A stretch of DNA of 64,000 bases from Calditrichaceae bacterium (GTDB lineage Bacteria > Calditrichota > Calditrichia > Calditrichales > JBFXGD01). A program made the position numbers and the translations under genes. This document shows positions 9,050-20,316 of this stretch, piece by piece. Numbering within the stretch: position 1 is the first letter of the stretch; every line of letters begins with the position of its first letter. Under the pieces are notes generated by a model, which saw only the letters and a program-made list of their open reading frames with translations, had not been told where the DNA came from and ran no database searches. The stretch spans positions 1 to 64,000 of the forward strand of contig JBFXLE010000019.1 in the NCBI GenBank assembly GCA_050173015.1. Reading direction: 5' to 3'.

Positions 9050-10066
9050 TTGGTACACAATAGCAACATGTTCAAATTTTTTATATATTTGATGTTTAAT
9101 TTGCAGGATGCTGACAAAACTTCCGGAGATATTTTGGATAAATCAGATCAATTCGATTATTTTGAGCTGCGATGGCATGATCGGATTGACCGCAGATTTT
9201 CAGCTATTCTTTCCCTCTGCCTCCTCATGACATTAACCGGACTTTATATCGCGGCAAATATGGACTATGACCAATTTCGCACCGAGGTCCATTCACAAAT
9301 TGTCACAAAATACAAACAATTCGCTGCTGAATTAATCCTTGAACCACAGAAAATAACTGATGTGGTAGTGGAGCCCGGTTCGCTGTCATTTTCAGAAACA
9401 AAAACGGCGCGTGGAATTCCTGAGCGTCTCACTCCTCGGGAAATACGTGACCGTGAAAGAAAACGAATCGAGGATGAAATCGGGAAAAGTGAGTTTATGG
9501 CATCTATTGGCAAAGCAGACCCATACGCCGATCTGCCTGATCCGGAGTTAGATTTCCTCCCTGATGACCGGAGTAATTTTATTGAACTGGAGCGCCCGTT
9601 ACCTGAAAACAGGATAAGGCCATCCGGAAGATCGGATCATGATAATTATGACGCGGGAACACTTGATGATCCGTTAAAAAGTCCATTTAATTATAAACTG
9701 ACAAGAAGAGGCGCGGCATATATAGAGTTCACGGACGAACTGTTACGTCAGCCCGATGAACATGCGGGGTATCGCGACCCCGATGAAATCAGCCGGGTAA
9801 TCTATGACTACCGGCCCATGATTGAGTATTGTTTCAGAAAGGGCTCCAGGCAAAACACCGGAATGAAGGGTTATATAAAAGTACAATTCCGGATATCCTA
9901 CGAGGGGCATGTGTTGCCGGAAAGTATTAAAATCATCAGCTCAACCATTCATGACCGCAGTGTTGAACAATGTATTAAGAATTACATCAGCCGCTGGCGA
10001 AATTTTAAACGGCTGGATGAATCGATGGGAATCGCAAAAGTGGTCCAAAAATTTGTTTTTAATTAG
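9050..10066 (+). CDS. Single-pass membrane protein with AgmX/PglI-like (TonB-C related) C-terminal domain; start uncertain
   Basis: One TM helix, then RDPDEISRVI...IEYCF...GYIKVQFRI...SSTIHDRSVEQCI...W..F. Confidence 0.65.
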   Translation: MVHNSNMFKFFIYLMFNLQDADKTSGDILDKSDQFDYFELRWHDRIDRRFSAILSLCLLMTLTGLYIAANMDYDQFRTEVHSQIVTKYKQFAAELILEPQKITDVVVEPGSLSFSETKTARGIPERLTPREIRDRERKRIEDEIGKSEFMASIGKADPYADLPDPELDFLPDDRSNFIELERPLPENRIRPSGRSDHDNYDAGTLDDPLKSPFNYKLTRRGAAYIEFTDELLRQPDEHAGYRDPDEISRVIYDYRPMIEYCFRKGSRQNTGMKGYIKVQFRISYEGHVLPESIKIISSTIHDRSVEQCIKNYISRWRNFKRLDESMGIAKVVQKFVFN

Positions 10067-10709
10067 CAGTTCTCACATGCGCTTTTTTCTGTTTAGCCAT
10101 TAATTTCTGGAATACTTCTTTGGCGCGTTCTTTAAGTTCTTCCATGCTTCCATCATTATTTATCACAAAATCCGCCCATTTAACTTTATCTTCCAGGGGG
10201 ATTTGTTTGTTGACTCTCTCCATAAACTGCCGTTTGGACATTCCGTCCCTGCCGATCACTCTTGTTTGTCTCATATTCAGGGGGGCATTCACAACAATCA
10301 CATAATCAAAAAATTTCTCAATACTAATTTCATAAATCAAAGCGGCATCGACAATGACAATCGGGTATCGCTTTGAAAATCTGGCTTTTTCCATATCTTC
10401 AATCAGGCATTCGACCATTCTCGGATGAACAAGATGATTTAATTTCATCGTGTTGAGCTCATCCTTAAATGCAATTTCGGCAAGTTTCTTGCGGTCAAGC
10501 TCACCATTGTCCATAAAAATCCCGTTCCCGAATGTGTTTTTTAATAATCTCTGCAAATTCCGGTCTTTTTGAATCACTTCCCGGGCCTTTAGGTCTGCGT
10601 TTATAACTTTACAGGACATCTTCTCCAGAAATTCACATACGGTTGACTGTCCGCTTCCTATTCCACCGGTGACACCCACTACAAGAGGATTCTTATACTG
10701 TCTGCGCAT
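10059..10709 (-). CDS. coaE: Dephospho-CoA kinase
   Basis: VGVTGGIGSGQST, LDRKKLA, LVHP, ADFVINNDG. Confidence 0.93.
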   Translation of the reverse strand: MRRQYKNPLVVGVTGGIGSGQSTVCEFLEKMSCKVINADLKAREVIQKDRNLQRLLKNTFGNGIFMDNGELDRKKLAEIAFKDELNTMKLNHLVHPRMVECLIEDMEKARFSKRYPIVIVDAALIYEISIEKFFDYVIVVNAPLNMRQTRVIGRDGMSKRQFMERVNKQIPLEDKVKWADFVINNDGSMEELKERAKEVFQKLMAKQKKAHVRTAN

Positions 10710-10712
10710 TTG

Positions 10713-13700
10713 CTACCTCACTATTACAATTTTGCCGGGTTTTTCATAACCAGCTGATTTGAATTCATATATATATACTCCCGTCGCCACCCGTTTGTCT
10801 TCATTATCCCTGAGATTCCAGCGAATGCCCCCAAAATCCGGCAGCTCATTGATATATTTTATGAGCTTTCCGTTTATATTATAAATATAAATTTCGGCTC
10901 TTTCTGAAATTCCCCCGAATATTATTTCCTCATGAAACGGACGGACGGGATTTGGGTAAACTATGAAATTATCCGCTAAAGAAACTTCGGTTAAAAGATT
11001 GATTTGACCTGTTTCATCAAGTTCAACCCCGTTTTCCCCTTTCAGATTCTTCAGAATAAGATATGATGGCTGACCAAATAAACCGATAAAACTTTCCCGG
11101 TCCAGAGTCAAATCGACAATCCTGCCTTCCATATCTGTGTTTTGCGCGTCTATTACGGCGCCGGAAGGTACTATCTCATAATTTTCCCTGTTTGTGAGCC
11201 GCATCCGATCCATAGAGACGCTAAAATTTAATTTCAAATGATAACGGTCCAAAATTTCAACTTGCTCCAGATACGGCTTTTCCGGTCTTTTCTCATAAAC
11301 ATATTGAGTAAAATTAAAGTCATCATCCACCGGCACACCGTCCGGATCCGTGATATTCCTTACATTTACAGTATCCTGTTGTCCGTCTGTAAACGGAACG
11401 TTAAAACTGACGAGCAGTTGTTTTTTATCTTTTAAACTTAAAACCGATGACGCGATCCGGTTATTTTGCGATGTAAATATTTTATAATTCTGGATGCCCG
11501 GTACAAGCACATCTTCATTGAAAGTCAATATTAGCTGCCTTTCATTGATCACATCCGCGCGAACCAGTCTCGGCGGATAACTTGTTTTCGCCGAGTCAGT
11601 ATCACAAAGAAATCCCTCAGGAATCATATATCCTGAATCAATTACCGATACCGCGTAGTAGTAAAATTTTTCCGCTTCTAATCCGGTATCGGTAAATTCT
11701 GAATCAGATGTAAATGCAATCACTGAGAGCTCATCGTTTCGGCTGCCGCGGTAAACGGCGTAATTCCCGGCACCTGTTCCAGTTCCCCACCACAGCCTTA
11801 TTTGGGCGCTATCAAGAGGCTGCGTTCTAAAAGGATACGGAGCGGCCGGCCTGTTGTCAGATGCCCGTGTAAATCCTACTATACCGCTTCCATCATTAAA
11901 ATAAAATTCATCATTTCCGTCGCCATCCATATCATCAATCAGAATGGTATTGGATCTTGAACGGGATGTGTGCCAGATTGCCCGCAATCCTTCATCTTCA
12001 ATCGTGAAAATATACATATTTGGAAAAAAAGAAACAAACAAACATGGATTATTGTCAAAATCAGATACGGATATTCCGCTGTCATAGTCCCGTGTAGAAA
12101 AGTATCCATAAAAATTCAATGTGTCCCGCGGAACCAGTTTTCGGTCATAATCACGATAACGGAAACGCTCCATTGTCCAATATCGTGCGTCAAACTCATG
12201 CTCGTAATTCAGATTGTCTATTGTATGAGTGGCTGCAAATACATCCGCCGGTGATGATTCCTTGTCATTTGCGGTCAGTATTTCAGTGGCATCAGGAAAT
12301 CTTGTATGGCCCGTCGCCAGCAATGTAAAATTATTGTCTCCCATGCTGCCGTAGGTAATTAAATCGCCGTCATAATCACCGAACGTAATATCTTTTCGTT
12401 GATTCCCGTTGATATCACTGATCACGACCAAAGGCACCCCGTAGCGATTCAAACCCTGCGTAATATTAGGCAAAACACCAATTTCGGTGAATTGGTTGTC
12501 GCCGGCCGATTCCAGCACGACATAATCCCCTCTTTTTCTGCCCGTTAGCTCAATCAGACCATCACCGTCAAGCTCCGAATAACCGGCCGCCCAGAATTCT
12601 GTTGTATCGAACCAGACTAATTCTGTGGGAAAATTATATATTGATGTCGATTCGAGAATAAAAGCATCGTCTCCGTATCCCAGAAGAATATCACTTAATC
12701 CGTCTTGATCCGCGTCGCCGGCATCACGCGGAATCGCTCTGAAGGATGTTTGCGCCCTCTTTTCGAACCGGCCGTTTTCAAATTCATAAATTTCAACCGG
12801 ACCGAACATATATTCATCATCATACCGGCTGATGATGATTTCCTTCTTGCCGTCATGATCAAGATCCGTGCTCTTATTCAGCATATATCCGGCGGGAATG
12901 GTCCACTCAACTTTGGTAAATGTCTCTCTCGTGATGAGTGTTTTATTCTCAAATGTGTAAAACGCGCCCTTATTATCATCAATCGTTTTCAAACCACTGT
13001 AGTTTGTGGCTTCGATATAAAATTCATACCGGCCGTTAAAGTCGAACTGATTTAACTTAAACCGGTGATTACGCGTCTCGTAGCCTGACTCAGAAATGAT
13101 ATTAAAAAACGGGTCATTATATTTTCGAAGATAAATTCTCGAAGTCGTAATTTCATCGGTTGCAAACGTGATCAATTGGGCGGATACCGAACCATCATAC
13201 AGACTTGTTTGTTCGATATTTTGAATAACCGGCGGAGTGCGGTCAATTTTAACAGCGACTCGCTGTTCAATTGTTTTGCCGGTCGTCAGATTCATGGAAA
13301 GACGAATTGTTAATGATGTGTCTGTCATTGATTTTGTATTGACAAAACCTATTGTGTCGTCAAAAACCTGGCGTGTCGGCCAATTCCCGATACCAATCCA
13401 TGAAGAGGGATTGATGCCGAATCCAAATTCCAATATCACTTTTCTGACATCCGGATGGATCGCGCTGCCGGTGATCCAAATGGTGTCACCTGCGGTGCTT
13501 GAATTGGGAAGCGGATTATTAATATTCAGGTTACCTGAATTACCGGTTTGAACAGCTTCCGCGGCGGCAACTCTTCCCGCGCCGCTGAAAATATCCCAGC
13601 CGGGAGTTAATATATCCTTTGCCGATGACGTCAGCACATTTCGCACCCGTCCGGCAGAATATTCGGGATGAACCGAAAGTATAAGTCCCGCTATCGCCGA

Positions 13701-14870
13701 GACCACCGGCGTACTGAAGGAAGTGCCTCCGGGGGAATTATATCCCCCGCCGATTGCGGTGCTGGTCATATTCACACCCGGAGCGACAAGATCGATACTG
13801 CTGCCAAAATTTGAAAATCCGGCAAGATTATCTTTTTCGTCTGAAGCGCCGACCGCAATGGTTTCTCTTAAACCCGACGGATAATGTAGCTCATCGCTCG
13901 CGCTGTTACCGGATGAGGCTGTCATGATAACATCCGCGTCATAAGCATACGCAATGACATCTTTTAGAAATCGCGAAATCACAATATCGCCAAAGCTCAT
14001 ATTGATAATCCTCGCGCCATTCTCAACCGCGTAAATTATCGCGCGGGCCACATCGTCTTCTTCAAGATACCCGCTGGCGGTACCCGCCCGCAGGTTCATC
14101 ACCCTAAGACCGGGGGCGAGTCCGGCGATACCTGTTCCGTTATTTGATTTCGCGGCGATAATCCCGGCGATTTGCGTGCCGTGCCCGCTCATAAATTCAT
14201 CCATAGGGTCATTGTCGGGATCGAGATAATCCCCCGAATCTATAAATCGCGGCGCGTCTGTAAAATCCCAACCGATAACATCATCCACAAAACCGTTGCC
14301 GTCATCGTCAATCCCGTTTATATCAGATGAATCCAGAGTCCCGTTTTTATTGAGATCTTCAAGTTGATTCACCCAAAATATTCCGTCAAGATCGGGGTGA
14401 TTATAATCTATTCCCGTGTCAATCAGGGCGACAACAATGTCAGGATTTCCAACGGTAACATTCCATGCCGGGGAGATATCAATCTTTCTGCGATACCATT
14501 GTTCTACGAGAAGAGGATCATCCGAAGCCTGATCTACCCGAAATTTCCCCACAGGTTCAAATGAGTCAATGATCCCTTCTGCCAGCAGCATGTTGACAAA
14601 ATTCAGGTCATCAGTCCCCGGAAAATCCAATATCAGCCATTTTTTTACAAATTCAGGGCTATGAGCGGATTGGAGAATTTCATGAACCTCAGGGGACTGT
14701 CCTTGTTCAAAGCTATATTTTTGCAGAGAAGGCAGATTTGTCCAGTTATTTGTTATCATGGATTTTTTAAATGAGAGACCGGAATCGGTGAGTCGGACAA
14801 AAAAGTCACCGGCAGCTGCCGTCTGAACCGCAACGCAAAAAATCAAAAATGATTTAAATAATTTCGACAT
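10713..14870 (-). CDS. Secreted S8 (subtilisin) peptidase with FG-GAP-like repeats, FN3/Ig-like domains and T9SS/FlgD-type CTD
   Basis: Signal peptide; catalytic triad contexts [20 protein letters not shown]; DxDxDG repeats; C-terminal VYPNP...[11 protein letters not shown]...GVYIY...GKIVIVR. Confidence 0.9.
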   Translation of the reverse strand: MSKLFKSFLIFCVAVQTAAAGDFFVRLTDSGLSFKKSMITNNWTNLPSLQKYSFEQGQSPEVHEILQSAHSPEFVKKWLILDFPGTDDLNFVNMLLAEGIIDSFEPVGKFRVDQASDDPLLVEQWYRRKIDISPAWNVTVGNPDIVVALIDTGIDYNHPDLDGIFWVNQLEDLNKNGTLDSSDINGIDDDGNGFVDDVIGWDFTDAPRFIDSGDYLDPDNDPMDEFMSGHGTQIAGIIAAKSNNGTGIAGLAPGLRVMNLRAGTASGYLEEDDVARAIIYAVENGARIINMSFGDIVISRFLKDVIAYAYDADVIMTASSGNSASDELHYPSGLRETIAVGASDEKDNLAGFSNFGSSIDLVAPGVNMTSTAIGGGYNSPGGTSFSTPVVSAIAGLILSVHPEYSAGRVRNVLTSSAKDILTPGWDIFSGAGRVAAAEAVQTGNSGNLNINNPLPNSSTAGDTIWITGSAIHPDVRKVILEFGFGINPSSWIGIGNWPTRQVFDDTIGFVNTKSMTDTSLTIRLSMNLTTGKTIEQRVAVKIDRTPPVIQNIEQTSLYDGSVSAQLITFATDEITTSRIYLRKYNDPFFNIISESGYETRNHRFKLNQFDFNGRYEFYIEATNYSGLKTIDDNKGAFYTFENKTLITRETFTKVEWTIPAGYMLNKSTDLDHDGKKEIIISRYDDEYMFGPVEIYEFENGRFEKRAQTSFRAIPRDAGDADQDGLSDILLGYGDDAFILESTSIYNFPTELVWFDTTEFWAAGYSELDGDGLIELTGRKRGDYVVLESAGDNQFTEIGVLPNITQGLNRYGVPLVVISDINGNQRKDITFGDYDGDLITYGSMGDNNFTLLATGHTRFPDATEILTANDKESSPADVFAATHTIDNLNYEHEFDARYWTMERFRYRDYDRKLVPRDTLNFYGYFSTRDYDSGISVSDFDNNPCLFVSFFPNMYIFTIEDEGLRAIWHTSRSRSNTILIDDMDGDGNDEFYFNDGSGIVGFTRASDNRPAAPYPFRTQPLDSAQIRLWWGTGTGAGNYAVYRGSRNDELSVIAFTSDSEFTDTGLEAEKFYYYAVSVIDSGYMIPEGFLCDTDSAKTSYPPRLVRADVINERQLILTFNEDVLVPGIQNYKIFTSQNNRIASSVLSLKDKKQLLVSFNVPFTDGQQDTVNVRNITDPDGVPVDDDFNFTQYVYEKRPEKPYLEQVEILDRYHLKLNFSVSMDRMRLTNRENYEIVPSGAVIDAQNTDMEGRIVDLTLDRESFIGLFGQPSYLILKNLKGENGVELDETGQINLLTEVSLADNFIVYPNPVRPFHEEIIFGGISERAEIYIYNINGKLIKYINELPDFGGIRWNLRDNEDKRVATGVYIYEFKSAGYEKPGKIVIVR

Positions 14871-14931
14871 AGAATAATTTCATCTCAAAACTGCAGGGTC
14901 AATTATGATAGATTTTCCGGACACAGTTTGT

Positions 14932-16287
14932 TCAGGATTGAGCTCCTATCAGTCTTTCGAGAAAATCGATTTTTTTAGCATATCGCTGATTCTCCGGAAA
15001 TCTTTTAGAAAGTTCTATAAACACATGCCTGGCTTCATAAAATTTTCTCTGCGCGATCAATATTTCACCGAAAGTGGGGGTGATCAGACTTGGATTAGAA
15101 ATGATATCTTCAATGGTTACCGTGTCATCTTCATTTAGCTCTTCATTATAATTGGTCGGATTTCTATCAGGGATTTGAGAGTTGATCTTATCTGAAGTAC
15201 CGTACCGTCTTTTAAAATCGATCCCTGAGATATCTTCAAATATATCATCCCCCTCATGTTCCGGCTTACCTGGCTGATCAGTCTCAAGAAAATCATGCTT
15301 TTCCAGTTCTTCAGTCCCCGGACTGATCTGATCATGAAATTTATCGAGATCATCTTCAACCTTGGATGACTGCTGGCCTGAATTATTGGCTTCGAATTCA
15401 GAAGCATTCTGTGATTCATCCGGCTGATCATCCTGTTTCTTTTCCATAAAAATAATTGATGTATCTAAAATCGGCCTTTCTTCAGCCGGAAGCTCCTGTT
15501 CCGGACGAATCTCATCTTCATCATCAACGCTTCCTATCTCAAGCCACACTTCTTCATCATCATCCTCATCCGACACTTCCTTAAACAGCCCTTCCATCAG
15601 CGTTGAAAAATCATCTTCCACATTGGCGTACTGACTGAGATCCAGTTCCGCGTCCTCAATACCCGCCTCTGACAATCGGTCAACTATATTATTGGCTTCA
15701 AATTCATTTTGCTTCTCATAGCCTGTTCCGTTCTCAGCAGGCAGCATTTCCTTATCGCTCTCCCGGATCAATTCATTCATCGCTTCATCTTCTTTTTCAT
15801 CAAAGGAGATGTCAGCTTCAGGCTCGGTTGGAATTTCTCTGTCCTCGACCTTTTGAACAGGAGAATCCTCAACGTTTTCGTGACCGGCGTAAAGAACATC
15901 ATACAAATTTTCCGATTTCAAAAATTCTGTTAATTCGGGATTAAACGGATCGTACAATGTTGAGCTTAGAAGAAGTTCATTACCGATTTGTTTAAGTTTT
16001 TTCTTATAATAGATATAAGCGAGCGCATTTATAGCTTTAAGATGACCCGGGGCATAAGTGATTGTTCTTTCAAATTCGCTTTTCGCGTCATCGATCCGGT
16101 CCAGAGCCTGATAGCATTTTGCGAGAATAAAATGACCTTCCGGATAAAAAGGAAATTTTGTTACACCTTTTTCACAAAGTTTGAGAGCGTCTTCGGTCGC
16201 GTTTCCCTCGAGTAATTTTGATGCCTTGTGCGCAAAGAGGATAGAATCGCTTCCCGCTGACTTAAACAAATCTTCAATATTTGACAT
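14932..16287 (-). CDS. TPR protein with long acidic linker and C-terminal TPR-like helix pair
   Basis: N-terminal TPRs, D/E-rich middle, ITPTFGEILIAQ...ELSKRFPEN C-terminus. Confidence 0.75.
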   Translation of the reverse strand: MSNIEDLFKSAGSDSILFAHKASKLLEGNATEDALKLCEKGVTKFPFYPEGHFILAKCYQALDRIDDAKSEFERTITYAPGHLKAINALAYIYYKKKLKQIGNELLLSSTLYDPFNPELTEFLKSENLYDVLYAGHENVEDSPVQKVEDREIPTEPEADISFDEKEDEAMNELIRESDKEMLPAENGTGYEKQNEFEANNIVDRLSEAGIEDAELDLSQYANVEDDFSTLMEGLFKEVSDEDDDEEVWLEIGSVDDEDEIRPEQELPAEERPILDTSIIFMEKKQDDQPDESQNASEFEANNSGQQSSKVEDDLDKFHDQISPGTEELEKHDFLETDQPGKPEHEGDDIFEDISGIDFKRRYGTSDKINSQIPDRNPTNYNEELNEDDTVTIEDIISNPSLITPTFGEILIAQRKFYEARHVFIELSKRFPENQRYAKKIDFLERLIGAQS

Positions 16288-16307
16288 TAAACTCTCCCCG
16301 GTTTAAA

Positions 16308-16808
16308 TCACCATGACGCCAGAGTCAGATTCAGGATGTCCTCTGTAATCTGCTGGATAGCGTCATCAATTGCCTGATCCCTCTCATCCTGCCCCCCGCT
16401 GCTCTCCATAAGACCGTAATGACTGACAGTTTTGTCATACATTACTTTAGATTGCTTTATATCTTCGCATTTGACTTTTACATTCACATAAATCTGATAA
16501 TCTGTTACGGTTTCACCGGCCGCCACAGTCGCTGCCTTCTGGTTAATTGATGTGATGGCTCCGCTGATAATCAGATCAGCCTGAGTTTCATCGACAACTT
16601 TCAGAGTATTATCCGTGGTGAACGCTTCAATAAGACGGTTTGTCATTTTCTCTCGCACTCCGGGATAAGCAGTACGATCATCAAAAAGCGGCACCGCTAC
16701 CGCTTTAACATATGAAGGCAGAGCCCCCTTGAAAGAATAATAGCCGCATGAACTAACCGCCAATCCTGTTATCAACACTAAAAAGAAAACAAAATATGAC
16801 TTTTTCAC
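16308..16808 (-). CDS. lptE: LptE-family lipoprotein (probable GTG start 16808)
   Basis: Lipobox VSSC followed by GYYSFKG, VAVPLFDDRT, ADLIISGAI; context next to a sigma54 activator and TPR gene. Confidence 0.75.
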   Translation of the reverse strand: MKKSYFVFFLVLITGLAVSSCGYYSFKGALPSYVKAVAVPLFDDRTAYPGVREKMTNRLIEAFTTDNTLKVVDETQADLIISGAITSINQKAATVAAGETVTDYQIYVNVKVKCEDIKQSKVMYDKTVSHYGLMESSGGQDERDQAIDDAIQQITEDILNLTLASW

Positions 16809-16852
16809 ACGATTTCCATACCCAATATTGTATAACTTAATAACCATCCGAT

Positions 16853-18019
16853 TTATAACCCGTATTCTTTAATTTTTCTATATAGAGTTCGTTCACTTAT
16901 TTGAAGCGTGCGCGCGGTTTTTCTCCTGCTGCCACCGAATTTTTTTAAAGTTTCTTTGATCAGCTCACGTTCCATTCCATCGAGCGTTGTCATCTTGATC
17001 TCTTTATCATCATTGCGTCCGTCATCATAAAAGGGTGGATGGTCGTCATCCGAAACGGTGTAAGCGCGCTGATTTAATAGATTAAGCTGCTGCTTTATCT
17101 CGGTGATATCCAATTTCAGGGATATGAGTGTACGGTATATTAATTCCCGCTCAGCCTGATCCGGTGTTTTATTCACGGGCACCGGCAGTTTATCTGATAC
17201 AATTTGGGATGATTGCATATTGAGCGCCGACCTGACGTACTCTGTTTTGACAACTTCCCCGCGATTAAGGATAATCGCTGTTTCGATGAAATTTCGAAGT
17301 TCGCGCACATTACCCGGCCAGTCATGTCTCATCATTAAACTGACTGCATCCGGGGAGATTCCCTTAAACTTGATACTATTTTTTGTGGTATAATCATCCG
17401 CGAATTTCTTTATCAGAAGCGGAATATCTTCTTTTCTGTTTCTAAGAGGCGGGATTTCAAGTGTTATGGCTTTTAACCGGTAGTACAGATCCCGGCGGAA
17501 TTCATTATGCTGGACGGCTTTTTCCAGGTTTTTATTCGTCGCGGCAATTACACGTACATTAACTTTTTGAATTTCTGTACCGCCGACACGCATAAATTCA
17601 GCCGTTTCAAGTACCCTCAACAACTTAACCTGTGTGTTCATCGGCATTTCACCGATCTCATCCAAAAATATTGTACCTTTATCCGCGACTTCGAAATACC
17701 CTTTTTTTTGACCAATCGCTCCGGTAAATGAACCCTTTTCGTGTCCAAATAGTTCTGATTCCAGAATGCCTTCCGGAATAGCCCCGCAATTCACTGATAC
17801 CAGCGGTTTACCTTCTCTTTTACTCAGCTCGTGAATGGCATTGGCCAGGACTTCCTTTCCCGTGCCGCTTTCACCGATCACCAGAACCGATAATTCGGTG
17901 GGGGCGACCAGGGCAATTGTTTGAAGTAATTCATCAATCTGTGGTGACCGGCCAAAAAAACCGATTTTTTCCTGAAGCTCCGATAGCGATATTTCTGATA
18001 ATGAGTTATTATTTTTCAT
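16853..18019 (-). CDS. Sigma54-dependent Fis-family activator lacking an N-terminal sensor domain
   Basis: GESGTGKE, ESELFGHEKGSFTGA, FLDEIGE, WPGNVREL, C-terminal HTH; AAA+ starts within ~20 aa of the N-terminus. Confidence 0.92.
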   Translation of the reverse strand: MKNNNSLSEISLSELQEKIGFFGRSPQIDELLQTIALVAPTELSVLVIGESGTGKEVLANAIHELSKREGKPLVSVNCGAIPEGILESELFGHEKGSFTGAIGQKKGYFEVADKGTIFLDEIGEMPMNTQVKLLRVLETAEFMRVGGTEIQKVNVRVIAATNKNLEKAVQHNEFRRDLYYRLKAITLEIPPLRNRKEDIPLLIKKFADDYTTKNSIKFKGISPDAVSLMMRHDWPGNVRELRNFIETAIILNRGEVVKTEYVRSALNMQSSQIVSDKLPVPVNKTPDQAERELIYRTLISLKLDITEIKQQLNLLNQRAYTVSDDDHPPFYDDGRNDDKEIKMTTLDGMERELIKETLKKFGGSRRKTARTLQISERTLYRKIKEYGL

Positions 18020-18128
18020 AGGAATTCTGAGTTGTTTATGTTGCGGTTAATCTATAAAAAAAAACAATTTAAATCAATTCATGAACCATAACATGATTTA
18101 TCCGGATAAATCATCACTAACATTTTCA

Positions 18129-19019
18129 TCAGCTTCTAGGATGATATGTTTTATATTCCTGCTGAATATAGGAACGGTCAAGATGGGTGTAGATCTGGGT
18201 TGTACTAATATCCGCGTGACCAAGCATTTCCTGCACCGCTCTGAGATCAGCTCCGTTTTCCAAAAGATGCGTGGCAAAAGAGTGTCTGAAAGTATGAGGG
18301 TGTATTTTTTTTTTAATTCCGGCAGCCTCTGTATATTCTCTTAGGATTTTCCAGAACCCCATCCTCGACATAGGTCTTCCCCTTGCATTCAGAAAGAGTA
18401 TTCCATCCGAATGCTTGCGCTTATCTAGAATCGGTCGTGACCTGTCAATATAGCTTTTTACCCATTCAAGCGCTGAATCAGAAACGGGAACCAGGCGTTC
18501 TTTACTGCCTTTTCCGAATATCCGCAATATTTTTTGCTCAAAATAGACATGCGCCACCGGCAATGTGAGTAATTCCGATATACGTAGTCCGGAGGCGTAA
18601 ATCGTCTCAATCATGGCCCGATTCCTTAATCCCAGGGTATTGCGATCATCAACCGCGTTCAAAATGCGCTGAACCTCCTCAAACGTCAGAACCGACGGAA
18701 GATGCCTGGGGATCTTGGGGCGGTCAATGTTGGAGGTGGGATCATTTTCGCACATATTTTCACCAATCAGAAAACGGTAAAATCCACGGATGGCTGAAAG
18801 GTTGCGCGCAAGGCTGGTGGCTGAAAGTCCCATTTTGCTTAGAATTTGTATAAATTGATGAACATGCCCGGGAGCGGCATCCCGGGGGTTTTTAATCCCG
18901 GCCGCATTTAGAAAGTCAAGATACCGGCGTACATCATTAAGATATGCTTCGATTGAATTGGCGGATAAGTTTTGTTCAAAATTAAGAAAACTTTTGTAAA
19001 GGCGGAATGATTCTTCCAT
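18129..19019 (-). CDS. xerD: Site-specific tyrosine recombinase XerD
   Basis: 296 aa; LSANSIEAYLND, YASGLRISEL, GKGSKER, HTFRHSFATHLLENGADLRAVQEMLGHADISTTQIYTH. Confidence 0.92.
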   Translation of the reverse strand: MEESFRLYKSFLNFEQNLSANSIEAYLNDVRRYLDFLNAAGIKNPRDAAPGHVHQFIQILSKMGLSATSLARNLSAIRGFYRFLIGENMCENDPTSNIDRPKIPRHLPSVLTFEEVQRILNAVDDRNTLGLRNRAMIETIYASGLRISELLTLPVAHVYFEQKILRIFGKGSKERLVPVSDSALEWVKSYIDRSRPILDKRKHSDGILFLNARGRPMSRMGFWKILREYTEAAGIKKKIHPHTFRHSFATHLLENGADLRAVQEMLGHADISTTQIYTHLDRSYIQQEYKTYHPRS

Positions 19020-19021
19020 GA

Positions 19022-19471
19022 CTATTTTGAGCTTTTTTCAAGCAAGGGCTCCGCGAGAGAGAGCGCGATACCGGATAGCATTACTTCAGGCGCGAGTTTG
19101 GTAAAATCTCCCGAAAGCAATTCCGCGTTGACATTGGTGAAAACGGAACAAGCGGCTTGTTTCTCGATGATAATCCCTGAAAGTCTTCCGCTATTTTCCC
19201 CGATAAAGGTCACTTCCCCGAGAACGTCACTGGCAACAAATCCGGTACAAAAATGCAATTGCATATGAGCATTGGGAGTGAAAATAGAGATAAGATTTCC
19301 CTGCTCCGCGCCGATCGGAATATCCGGATATATTTCAATTGTCAGTTTTCTTCCTTTTTCCGTATTCAAGAGTACCGCCCTATATTGGTCGCCTCTTTTG
19401 GCAAATTTCGTCTCAAGCACCTTTTCTATTTCAGCAAAGTGTTTTTCGGAAAATTTAAATTTCATCTTCAT
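19022..19471 (-). CDS. Hypothetical protein
   Basis: 149-aa ORF with GAGG SD, closely spaced between bshB1 and xerD; no family recognised. Confidence 0.7.
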   Translation of the reverse strand: MKMKFKFSEKHFAEIEKVLETKFAKRGDQYRAVLLNTEKGRKLTIEIYPDIPIGAEQGNLISIFTPNAHMQLHFCTGFVASDVLGEVTFIGENSGRLSGIIIEKQAACSVFTNVNAELLSGDFTKLAPEVMLSGIALSLAEPLLEKSSK

Positions 19472-19497
19472 CCTCGTTTATCGCCGACTAAAGTCAT

Positions 19498-20214
19498 TTA
19501 CGAAAAAATATCAAATAAGTTGTTTACTTTCAGAACTGATTCAATCACAAAAGGTTCACCATAAGTTACTCCGATCTGAAACCCAAAATATTTCGCGCGG
19601 GTTTCCACGGACTCCATGAATAACCTGCTGCTAATATAAGTTTCAGGCTCATTTGACGCCGGATTATGAAATTGGCTCCCATAACTTTTAATAGCCTTCA
19701 TTTTTCGGTCAAACTCATCGCTGATATCCACCACGAATGAAGGTTGGGCAACCGCGTGATTAAAATAATAGAGCATATATTCAGGCCTGTGTGGTTCTGT
19801 GCCACTGTTTATTTTTGCTAATCCGGACTGAAAACAAGCCGCTTTTAATAGTTCGGAAGCATTTACATGATCCGGATGACGGTCTTCCCAGTAAGGTAAT
19901 ATTACAATCTCCGGTTTGTAAAATCGCAACAATTCAATAATTTTCATCCGGTTTGAGCGATTATTTACAATATCCCCATCCGGTAATTCGACATTGACGC
20001 GAATCCTGGCATTTATAATTGAGGCGGCTTTCTCTGCCTCCCCGGATCTTGTTTCCGGATTTCCTCTTGTGCTCAGTTCCCCGCGGGTCATGTCAATTAT
20101 TCCTGCTGAATACCCCAGATCAGTCATCTTTATCAGGGTACCCGAACAAAAAAGCTCCACATCATCGGGATGAGCGCCAAACGCCAATATATTAAGATTC
20201 ATTACTTCAATCAT
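19498..20214 (-). CDS. bshB1: Bacillithiol biosynthesis deacetylase BshB1 (PIG-L family)
   Basis: AHPDDVEL, DMTRGELSTRG, DRHPDH, SQF...EPETYIS, YGEPF. Confidence 0.85.
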   Translation of the reverse strand: MIEVMNLNILAFGAHPDDVELFCSGTLIKMTDLGYSAGIIDMTRGELSTRGNPETRSGEAEKAASIINARIRVNVELPDGDIVNNRSNRMKIIELLRFYKPEIVILPYWEDRHPDHVNASELLKAACFQSGLAKINSGTEPHRPEYMLYYFNHAVAQPSFVVDISDEFDRKMKAIKSYGSQFHNPASNEPETYISSRLFMESVETRAKYFGFQIGVTYGEPFVIESVLKVNNLFDIFS

Positions 20215-20316
20215 TTTAGTGTTCTTTGTTTTATAAATTTATTAAAATCAGAGTATAATGCAATGAGAAAATTTATCCGGGAAATATTCAAACTTGAGGG
20301 TAATTGATACGTGGAT

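Noticed and set aside
18129-19019. Tyrosine recombinase as a prophage/island integrase
   Set aside because: Size and motifs fit housekeeping XerD; it sits among core genes with no att site or phage genes.
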